Shown one piece after another: positions 52,901 through 64,000 of a stretch of DNA of 64,000 nt; within the stretch, counting starts at the first letter, position 1, and every line of letters starts with the position of its first letter. The stretch covers positions 121,520,001-121,584,000 of the forward strand of contig OZ024744.1 in the NCBI GenBank assembly GCA_964016885.1. Reading direction: 5' to 3'. Below the pieces are notes generated by a model. It was not told the origin of the DNA. It did no database searches and saw only the letters and a list, made by a program, of their open reading frames with translations. A program made the position numbers and the translations under genes. This DNA is from Eledone cirrhosa (lineage: Eukaryota).

Positions 52901-55900
52901 AGGAGAGGAGACTGTGTTGGTATAGACATGTGATGTGTATGGATGAACTGAGGGAAAAATTGGGAATAAAAGACATCAGATGTAATGTGTAGGAGAGGAG
53001 ACTGTGTTGGTATAGACATGTGATGTGTATGGATGAACTGAGAGAGAAATTGGGAATAAAAGGAATCAGATGAAGGAGAGGAGACTGTGTTGGTATAGAC
53101 ATGTGATGTGTATGGATGAACTGAGAGAGAAACTAGGTATAAGAGGAATCCGATGTAGGAGAGGAGACTGTGTTGGTATAGACATGGGATGTGTATGGAT
53201 GAACTGAGAGAGAAACTAGGTATAAGAGGAATCAGATGTAGGAGAGGAGACTGTGTTGGTATAGACATGTGATGTGTATGGATGAACTGAGAGAGAAACT
53301 AGGTATAAGAGGAATCAGATGAAGGAGAGGAGACTGTGTTGGTATAGACATGTGATGTGTATGGATGAACTGAGAGAGAAACAAGGTATAAGAGGAATCA
53401 GATGTAGTGTGTATGAGAGGAGACTGTGTTGGTATAGACATGTGATGTGTATGGATGAAGTGAGAGATAAACTAGGTATAAGAGGAATCAGACGTAGTGT
53501 GTAGGAGAGGAGACTGTGTTGGTATAGACATGTGATGTGTATGGATGAACTGAGAGAGAAACTAGGCATAAGAGGAATCAGATGTAGGAGAGGAGACTGT
53601 GTTGGTATAGACATGTGATGTGTATGGATGAACTGAGAGAGAAACTAGGTATAAGAGGAATCAGATGTAGTGTGTATGAGAGGAGACTGTGTTGGTATAG
53701 ACATGTGATGTGTATGGATGAACTGAGAGAGAAACTAGGTATGAGAGGAATCAGATGTAGTGTGTAGGAGAGGAGACTGTGTTGGGATAGACATGTGATG
53801 TGTATGGATGAACTGAGAGAGAAACTAGGTATCAAAGGAATCAGATGTAGTGTGTAGGAGAGGAGACTGTGTTGGTATAGACATGTGATGTGTGTGGATG
53901 AACTGAGGGAGAAATTGGGAATAAGAGGAATCAGATGTAGTGTGTAGGAGAGGAGACTGTGTTGGTATAGACATGTGATGTGTATGGATGAATTGAGAGA
54001 GAATCTAGGTATAAGAGGAATCAGACTGAGAGAGAAACTAGGTATCAGAGGAATCAGATATAGTGTGTAGGAGAGAAACAAGATGTAGTGTGTAGTAGAG
54101 TTTACTGTGTTGGTATAGACATGTGATGTGTATGGATGAACTGAGAGAGAAACTAGGTATAAGAGGAATCAGATGTAGGAGAGGAGACTGTGTTGGTATA
54201 GACATGGGATGTGTATGGATAAACTGAGAGAGAAACTAGGTATAAGAGGAATCAGATGTAGGAGAGGAGACTGTGTTGGTATAGACATGGGATGTGTATG
54301 GATGAACTGAGATAGAAACTAGGTATAAGAGGAATCAGATGTAGGAGAGGAGACTGTGTTGGTATAGACATGTGATGTGTATGGATGAACTGAGAGAGAA
54401 ACTAGGTATAAGAGGAATCAGATGAAGGAGAGGAGACTGTGTTTGTATAGACATGTGATGTGTATGGATGAACTGAGAGAGAAACTAGGTATGAGAGGAA
54501 TCAGATGTAGTTTGTAGGAGAGGAGACTGTGTTGGGATAGACATGTGATGAACTGAGAGAAAAACTATGTATAAGAGGAATCAGACGTAGTATGTAGGAG
54601 AGGAGACTGTCTTGCTATAGACATGTGATGTGTATGGATGAACTGAGAGAGAAACTAGGTATCAAAGGAATCAGATGTAGTGTGTAGGAGAGGAGACTGT
54701 GTTGGTATAGACATGTGATGTGTATGGATGAACTGAAAGAGAACCTAGGTATAAGAGGAATCAGACTGAGAGAGAAACTAGGTATCAGAGGAATCAGATA
54801 TAGTGTGTAGGAGAGAAACAAGATGTAGTGTGTAGTAGAGTTTACTGTGTTGGTATAGACATGTGATGTGTATGGATGAACTGAGAGAGAAACTAGGTAT
54901 AAGAGGAATCAGATGTAGGAGAGGAGACTGTGTTGGTATAGACATGGGATGTGTATGGATAAACTGAGAGAGAAACTAGGTATAAGAGGAATCAGATGTA
55001 GGAGAGGAGACTGTGTTGGTATAGATATGGGATGTGTATGGATGAACTGAGAGAGAAACTAGGTATAAGAGGAATCAGATGTAGGAGAGGAGACTGTGTT
55101 GGTATAGACATGTGATGTGTATGGATGAACTGAGAGAGAAACTAGGTATAAGAGGAATCAGATGAAGGAGAGGAGACTGTGTTGGTATAGACATGTGATG
55201 TGTATGGATGAACTGAGAGAGAAACTCGGTATAAGAGGAATCAGATGTAGGAGAGGAGACTGTGTTGGTATAGACATGGGATGTGTATGGATGAACTGAG
55301 ATATAAACTAGGTATAAGAGGAATCAGATGTAGGAGAGGAGACTGTGTTGGTATAGACATGTGATGTGTATGGATGAACTGAGAGAGAAACTAGGTATAA
55401 GAGGAATCAGATGTAGTGTGTCGGAGAGGAGACTGTGTTGGTATAGACATGTGATGTGTATGGATGAAGTGAGAGATAAACTAGGTATAAGAGGAATCAG
55501 ACGTAGTGTGTAGGAGAGGAGACTGTGTTGGTATAGACATGTGATGTGTATGGATGAAGTGAGAGAGAACCTAGGTATAAGAGGAATCAGACTGAGAGAG
55601 AAACTAGGTATCAGAGGAATCAGATATAGTGTGTAGGAGAGAAACAAGATGTAGTGTGTAGTAGAGTTTACTGTGTTGGTATAGACATGTGATGTGTATG
55701 AATGAACTGAGAGAGAACTAGGTATAAGAGGTATCAGATGTAGTGTGTAGGAGAGGTGACTGTGTTGGTATAGACATGTAATGTGTATGGATGAACTGAG
55801 AGAGAACCTAGGTATAAGAGGAATCAGATGTAGGAGAGGAGACTGTGTTGGTGTAGACATGTGATGTGTATGGATGAACTGAGAGAGAAACCGGCTATAA

Positions 55901-58900
55901 GAGGAATCAGATGTAGTATGTGGGAGAGGAGCCTGTCTTGCTATAGACATGTGATGTGTATGGATGAACTGAGAGAGAAACTAGGTATAAGAGGAATCAG
56001 ATATAGGAGAGGAGACTGTGTTGGTATAGACATGGGATGTGTATGGATAAACTGAGAGAGAAACTAGGTATAAGAGGAATTAGATGAAGGAGAGGAGACT
56101 GTGTTGGTATAGACATGTGATGTGTCTGGATGAACTGAGAGAGAAACTCGGTATAAGAGGAATCAGATGTAGGAGAAGAGACTCTGTTGGTATAGACATG
56201 TGATGTGTATGGATGAACTGAGAGAGAAACTAGGTATAAGAGGAATCAGATGTAGTGTGTAGGAGAGGAGACTGTGTTGGTATAGACATGTGATGTGTAT
56301 GGATGAAGTGAGAGATAAACTAGGTATAAGAGGAATCAGACGTAGTGTGTAGGAGAGGAGACTGTGTTGGTATAGATATGTGATGTGTATGGATGAACTG
56401 AGAGAAAAACCGGCTATAAGAGGAATCAGATGTAGTGTGTAGGAGAGGAGACTGTGTTGGTATAGACATGTGATGTTTATGGATGAACTGAGAGAGAAAC
56501 TGGGTATAAGAGGAATCAGATGTAGTGTGTAGGAGAGGAGACTGTGTTGGTGTAGACATGTAATGTGTATGGATGAACTGAGGGAGAAACTGGGTATAAG
56601 AGGAATCAGATGTAATGTGTAGGAGAGGAGACTGTGTTGGTATAGACATGTGATGTGCATGCATGAACTTAGAGAGAAACTAGGTATAAGAGGAATCAGA
56701 TGTAGTGTGTAGGAGAGGAGACTGTGTTGGTGTAGACATGTGATGTGTATGGATGAACTGAGAGAGATACTAGGTATAAGAGGAATCAGATGTAGTGTGT
56801 AGGAGAGGAGACTGTGTTGGTGTAGACATGTGATGTGTATGGATGAACTGAGAGAGAAACTAGGTATAAGAGGAATCAGATGTAGTGTGTAGGAGAGGAG
56901 AGTGTGTTGGTATATACATGTGATGTGTATGGATGAACAGAGAGGGAAACTCGGTATAAGAGGAATCAGATGTAGTGTGTAGGAGAGGAGAGAGTGTTGG
57001 TATAGACATGTGATGTGAATGGATGAACTGAGAGAGAAACTAGGTATAAGAGGAATCAGATGAAGGAGAGGAGACTGTGTTGGTATAGACATGTGATGTG
57101 TATGGATGAACTGAGGGAGAAATTGGGAATAAAAGACATCAGATGTAATGTGTAGGAGAGGAGACTGTGTTGGTATAGACATGTGATGTGTATGGATGAA
57201 CTGAGAGAGAAATTGGGAATAAAAGGAATCAGATGAAGGAGAGGAGACTGTGTTGGTATAGACATGTGATGTGTATGGATGAACTGAGAGAGAAACTAGG
57301 TATAAGAGGAATCCGATGTAGGAGAGGAGACTGTGTTGGTATAGACATGGGATGTGTATGGATGAACTGAGAGAGAAACTAGGTATAAGAGGAATCAGAT
57401 GTAGGAGAGGAGACTGTGTTGGTATAGACATGTGATGTGTATGGATGAACTGAGAGAGAAACTAGGTATAAGAGGAATCAGATGAAGGAGAGGAGACTGT
57501 GTTGGTATAGACATGTGATGTGTATGGATGAACTGAGAGAGAAATTGGGAATAAAAGGAATCAGATGAAGGAGAGGAGACTGTGTTGGTATAGACATGTG
57601 ATGTGTATGGATGAACTGAGAGAGAAACTAGGCATAAGAGGAATCAGATGTAGGAGAGGAGACTGTGTTGGTATAGACATGTGATGTGTATGGATGAACT
57701 GAGAGAGAAACTAGGTATAAGAGGAATCAGATGTAGGAGAGGAGACTGTGTTGGTATAGACATGGGATGTGTATGGATGAACTGAGAGAGAAACTAGGTA
57801 TAAGAGGAATCAGATGTAGGAGAGGAGACTGTGTTGGTATAGACATGTGATGTGTATGGATGAACTGAGAGAGAAACTAGGTATAAGAGGAATCAGATGA
57901 AGGAGAGGAGACTGTGTTGGTATAGACATGGGATGTGTATGGATGAACTGAGAGAGAAACTCGGTATAAGAGGAATCAGATGTAAGAGAGGAGACTGTGT
58001 TGGTATAGATATGGGATGTGTATGGATGAACTGAGATAGAAACTAGGTATAAGAGGAATCAGATGTAGTGTGTATGAGAGGAGAGTGTGTTGGTATAGAC
58101 ATGTGATGTGTATGGATGAACTGAGAGAGAAACTAGGTATGAGAGGAATCAGATGTAGTGTGTAGGAGAGGAGACTGTGTTGGGATAGACATGTGATGTG
58201 TATGGATGAACTGAGAGAGAAACTAGGTATCAAAGGAATCAGATGTAGTGTGTAGGAGAGGAGACTGTGTTGGTATAGACATGTGATGTGTGTGGATGAA
58301 CTGAGGGAGAAATTGGGAATAAGAGGAATCAGATGTAGTGTGTAGGAGAGGAGACTGTGTTGGTATAGACATGTGATGTGTATGGATGAACTGAGAGAGA
58401 ATCTAGGTATAAGAGGAATCAGACTGAGAGAGAAACTAGGTATCAGAGGAATCAGATATAGTGTGTAGGAGAGAAACAAGATGTAGTGTGTAGTAGAGTT
58501 TACTGTGTTGGTATAGACATGTGATGTGTATGGATGAACTGAGAGAGAAACTAGGTATAAGAGGAATCAGATGTAGGAGAGGAGACTGTGTTGGTATAGA
58601 CATGGGATGTGTATGGATAAACTGAGAGAGAAACTAGGTATAAGAGGAATAAGATGTAGGAGAGGAGACTGTGTTGGTATAGACATGGGATGTGTATGGA
58701 TGAACTGAGATAGAAACTAGGTATAAGAGGAATCAGATGTAGGAGAGGAGACTGTGTTGGTATAGACATGTGATGTGTATGGATGAACTGAGAGAGAAAC
58801 TAGGTATAAGAGGAATCAGATGAAGGAGAGGAGACTGTGTTTGTATTGACATGTGATGTGTATGGATGAACTGGGAGAGAAACTAGGTATGAGAGGAATC

Positions 58901-61900
58901 AGATGTAGTTTGTAGGAGAGGAGACTGTGTTGGGATAGACATGTGATGAACTGAGAGAAAAACTATGTATAAGAGGAATCAGACGTAGTATGTAGGAGAG
59001 GAGACTGTCTTGCTATAGACATGTGATGTGTATGGATGAACTGAGAGAGAAACTAGGTATCAAAGGAATCAGATGTAGTGTGTAGGAGAGGAGACTGTGT
59101 TGGTATAGACATGTGATGTGTATGGATGAACTGAAAGAGAACCTAGGTATAAGAGGAATCAGACTGAGAGAGAAACTAGGTATCAGAGGAATCAGATATA
59201 GTGTGTAGGAGAGAAACAAGATGTAGTGTGTAGTAGAGTTTACTGTGTTGGTATAGACATGTGATGTGTATGGATGAACTGAGAGAGAAACTAGGTATAA
59301 GAGGAATCAGATGTAGGAGAGGAGACTGTGTTGGTATAGACATGGGATGTGTATGGATAAACTGAGAGAGAAACTAGGTATAAGAGGAATCAGATGTAGG
59401 AGAGGAGACTGTGTTGGTATAGATATGGGATGTGTATGGATGAACTGAGAGAGAAACTAGGTATAAGAGGAATCAGATGTAGGAGAGGAGACTGTGTTGG
59501 TATAGACATGTGATGTGTATGGATGAACTGAGAGAGAAACTAGGTATAAGAGGAATCAGATGAAGGAGAGGAGACTGTGTTGGTATAGACATGTGATGTG
59601 TATGGATGAACTGAGAGAGAAACTCGGTATAAGAGGAATCAGATGTAGGAGAGGAGACTGTGTTGGTATAGACATGGGATGTGTATGGATGAACTGAGAT
59701 AGAAACTAGGTATAAGAGGAATCAGATGTAGGAGAGGAGACTGTGTTGGTATAGACATGCGATGTGTATGGATGAACTGAGAGAGAAACTAGGTATAAGA
59801 GGAATCAGATGAAGGAGAGGAGACTGTGTTGGTATAGACATGTGATGTGTATGGATGAACTGAGAGAGAAACTAGGTATGAGAGGAATCAGATGTAGTGT
59901 GTAGGAGAGGAGACTGTGTTGGGATAGACATGTGATGTGTATGGATGAACTGAGAGAGAAACTAGGTATCAAAGGAATCAGATGTAGTGTGTAGGAGAGG
60001 AGACTGTGTTGGTATAGACATGTGATGTGTGTGGATGAACTGAGGGAGAAATTGGGAATAAGAGGAATCAGATGTAGTGTGTAGGAGAGGAGACTGTGTT
60101 GGTATAGACATGTGATGTGTATGGATGAACTGAGAGAGAATCTAGGTATAAGAGGAATCAGACTGAGAGAGAAACTAGGTATCAGAGGAATCAGATATAG
60201 TGTATAGGAGAGAAACAAGATGTAGTGTGTAGTAGAGTTTACTGTGTTGGTATAGACATGTGATGTGTATGGATGAACTGAGAGAGAAACTAGGTATAAG
60301 AGGAATCAGATGTAGGAGAGGAGACTGTGTTGGTATAGACATGGGATGTGCATGGATAAACTGAGAGAGAAACTATGTATAAGAGGAATCAGACGTAGTG
60401 TGTAGGAGAGGAGACTGTGTTGGTATAGATATGTGATGTGTATGGATGAACTGAGAGAAAAACCGGCTATAAGAGGAATCAGATGTAGTGTGTAGGAGAG
60501 GAGACTGTGTTGGTATAGACATGTGATGTTTATGGATGAACTGAGAGAGAAACTGGGTATAAGAGGAATCAGATGTAGTGTGTAGGAGAGGAGACTGTGT
60601 TGGTGTAGACATGTAATGTGTATGGATGAACTGAGGGAGAAACTGGGTATAAGAGGAATCAGATGTAATGTGTAGGAGAGGAGACTGTGTTGGTATAGAC
60701 ATGTGATGTGTATGCATGAACTTAGAGAGAAACTAGGTATAAGAGGAATCAGATGTAGTGTGTAGGAGAGGAGACTGTGTTGGTATAGACATGTGATGTG
60801 TGTGGATGAACTGAGGGAGAAATTGGGAATAAGAGGAATCAGATGTAGTGTGTAGGAGAGGAGACTGTGTTGGTATAGACATGTGATGTGTATGGATGAA
60901 GTGAGAGAGAACCTAGGTATAAGAGGAATCAGACTGAGAGAGAAACTAGGTATCAGAGGAATCAGATATAGTGTGTAGGAGAGAAACAAGATGTAGTGTG
61001 TAGTAGAGTTTACTGTGTTGGTATAGACATGTGATGTGTATGAATGAACTGAGAGAGAAACTAGGTATAAGAGGTATCAGATGTAGTGTGTAGGAGAGGT
61101 GACTGTGTTGGTATAGACATGTAATGTGTATGGATGAACTGAGAGAGAACCTAGGTATAAGAGGAATCAGATGTAGGAGAGGAGACTGTGTTGGTGTAGA
61201 CATGTGATGTGTATGGATGAACTGAGAGAGAAACCGGCTATAAGAGGAATCAGATGTAGTATGTGGGAGAGGAGCCTGTCTTGCTATAGACATGTGATGT
61301 GTATGGATGAACTGAGAGAGAAACTAGGTATAAGAGGAATCAGATATAGGAGAGGAGACTGTGTTGGTATAGACATGGGATGTGTATGGATAAACTGAGA
61401 GAGAAACTAGGTATAAGAGGAATTAGATGAAGGAGAGGAGACTGTGTTGGTATAGACATGTGATGTGTCTGGATGAACTGAGAGAGAAACTCGGTATAAG
61501 AGGAATCAGATGTAGGAGAGGAGACTCTGTTGGTATAGACATGGGATGAGTATGGATGAACTGAGATAGAAACTAGGTATAAGAGGAATCAGATGTAGGA
61601 GAGGAGACTGTGTTGGTATAGACATGTGATGTGTATGGATGAACTGAGAGAGAAACTAGGTATAAGAGGAATCAGATGTAGTGTGTAGGAGAGGAGACTG
61701 TGTTGGTATAGACATGTGATGTGTATGGATGAAGTGAGAGATAAACTAGGTATAAGAGGAATCAGACGTAGTGTGTAGGAGAGGAGACTGTGTTGGTATA
61801 GATATGTGATGTGTATGGATGAACTGAGAGAAAAACCGGCTATAAGAGGAATCAGATGTAGTGTGTAGGAGAGGAGACTGTGTTGGTATAGACATGTGAT

Positions 61901-64000
61901 GTTTATGGATGAACTGAGAGAGAAACTGGGTATAAGAGGAATCAGATGTAGTGTGTAGGAGAGGAGACTGTGTTGGTGTAGACATGTAATGTGTATGGAT
62001 GAACTGAGGGAGAAACTGGGTATAAGAGGAATCAGATGTAATGTGTAGGAGAGGAGACTGTGTTGGTATAGACATGTGATGTGCATGCTTGAACTTAGAG
62101 AGAAACTAGGTATAAGAGGAATCAGATGTAGTGTGTAGGAGAGGAGACTGTGTTGGTGTAGACATGTGATGTGTATGGATGAACTGAGAGAGATACTAGG
62201 TATAAGAGGAATCAGATGTAGTGTGTAGGAGAGGAGACTGTGTTGGTGTAGACATGTGATGTGTATGGATGAACTGAGAGAGAAACTAGGTATAAGAGGA
62301 ATCAGATGTAGTGTGTAGGAGAGGAGAGTGTGTTGGTATATACATGTGATGTGTATGGATGAACAGAGAGGGAAACTCGGTATAAGAGGAATCAGATGTA
62401 GTGTGTAGGAGAGGAGAGAGTGTTGGTATAGACATGTGATGTGAATGGATGAACTGAGAGAGAAACTAGGTATAAGAGGAATCAGATGAAGGAGAGGAGA
62501 CTGTGTTGGTATAGACATGTGATGTGTATGGATGAACTGAGGGAGAAATTGGGAATAAAAGACATCAGATGTAATGTGTAGGAGAGGAGACTGTGTTGGT
62601 ATAGACATGTGATGTGTATGGATGAACTGAGAGAGAAATTGGGAATAAAAGGAATCAGATGAAGGAGAGGAGACTGTGTTGGTATAGACATGTGATGTGT
62701 ATGGATGAACTGAGAGAGAAACTAGGTATAAGAGGAATCCGATGTAGGAGAGGAGACTGTGTTGGTATAGACATGGGATGTGTATGGATGAACTGAGAGA
62801 GAAACTAGGTATAAGAGGAATCAGATGTAGGAGAGGAGACTGTGTTGGTATAGACATGTGATGTGTATGGATGAACTGAGAGAGAAACTAGGTATAAGAG
62901 GAATCAGATGAAGGAGAGGAGACTGTGTTGGTATAGACATGTGATGTGTATGGATGAACTGAGAGAGAAACTAGGTATAAGAGGAATCAGATGTAGTGTG
63001 TATGAGAGGAGACTGTGTTGGTATAGACATGTGATGTGTATGGATGAAGTGAGAGATAAACTAGGTATAAGAGGAATCAGACGTAGTGTGTAGGAGAGGA
63101 GACTGTGTTGGTATAGACATGTGATGTGTATGGATGAACTGAGAGAGAAATTGGGAATAAAAGGAATCAGATGAAGGAGAGGAGACTGTGTTGGTATAGA
63201 CATGTGATGTGTATGGATGAACTGAGAGAGAAACTAGGCATAAGAGGAATCAGATGTAGGAGAGGAGACTGTGTTGGTATAGACATGTGATGTGTATGGA
63301 TGAACTGAGAGAGAAACTAGGTATAAGAGGAATCAGATGTAGGAGAGGAGACTGTGTTGGTATAGACATGGGATGTGTATGGATGAACTGAGAGAGAAAC
63401 TCGGTATAAGAGGAATCAGATGTAAGAGAGGAGACTGTGTTGGTATAGATATGGGATGTGTATGGATGAACTGAGATAGAAACTAGGTATAAGAGGAATC
63501 AGATGTAGTGTGTATGAGAGGAGACTGTGTTGGTATAGACATGTGATGTGTATGGATGAACTGAGAGAGAAACTAGGTATGAGAGGAATCAGATGTAGTG
63601 TGTAGGAGAGGAGACTGTGTTGGGATAGACATGTGATGTGTATGGATGAACTGAGAGAGAAACTAGGTATCAAAGGAATCAGATGTAGTGTGTAGGAGAG
63701 GAGACTGTGTTGGTATAGACATGTGATGTGTGTGGATGAACTGAGGGAGAAATTGGGAATAAGAGGAATCAGATGTAGTGTGTAGGAGAGGAGACTGTGT
63801 TGGTATAGACATGTGATGTGTATGGATGAACTGAGAGAGAATCTAGGTATAAGAGGAATCAGACTGAGAGAGAAACTAGGTATCAGAGGAATCAGATATA
63901 GTGTGTAGGAGAGAAACAAGATGTAGTGTGTAGTAGAGTTTACTGTGTTGGTATAGACATGTGATGTGTATGGATGAACTGAGAGAGAAACTAGGTATAA

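Larger units (their letters stand above)
1..64000 (+). repeat. Tandem satellite DNA array of 90-bp and 83-bp monomers (roughly 740 monomers by length), single orientation, running off both window ends
   Basis: Positions 1-90, 91-180, 181-270 etc. are near-identical copies. The same unit continues to 64000 with no unique sequence seen. The ORF track shows a matching 30-aa period throughout. Confidence 0.99.

Noticed and set aside
443-63919. The ORFs in the six-frame track as protein-coding genes
   Set aside because: All are translations of the satellite unit. They start and stop at 83-bp or scar frameshifts, several begin at non-ATG codons, and I recognise no domain or unique coding sequence.
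1-64000. CRISPR array
   Set aside because: There are no unique spacers, since the whole unit repeats. No leader or cas gene is present.
1-64000. Canonical telomeric repeat, rRNA/tRNA/snRNA tandem gene array, or embedded transposon/inversion
   Set aside because: I saw no TTAGGG or TTAGG tracts, no recognisable structured-RNA motif, no terminal repeats or foreign sequence, and no strand switch.

Overview
The entire 64 kb is one uninterrupted, head-to-tail tandem satellite array, most likely eukaryotic. I found no inversion, unique sequence, gene, RNA gene, transposon or CRISPR array. The consensus 90-bp monomer is AGTGTGTAGGAGAGGAGACTGTGTTGGTATAGACATGTGATGTGTATGGATGAACTGAGAGAGAAACTAGGTATAAGAGGAATCAGATGT. 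It is interleaved in runs with an 83-bp form lacking 7 nt (GATGTAGTGTGTAGG vs GATGTAGG). Rarer forms are an 80-bp monomer, 1-bp-deleted monomers, and a fixed 33-bp + 25-bp truncated doublet seen about 32 times. Monomer variants are assembled into two recurrent ordered modules (A and B) separated by 83-bp runs. These are shuffled into irregular higher-order repeats, with block duplications at offsets of about 1.35-1.44, 2.0-2.1, 2.9-3.7, 4.4, 5.4, 9.5 and 14.2 kb. All listed ORFs are translations of the repeat and are not called as genes. I found no evidence for a new gene-based system. The notable signal is the array architecture: two monomer lengths, modular order, microhomology-bounded indels, a conversion-like tract and extreme strand asymmetry. 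All counts and boundaries were read by eye or derived from ORF-track offsets, so they are approximate.
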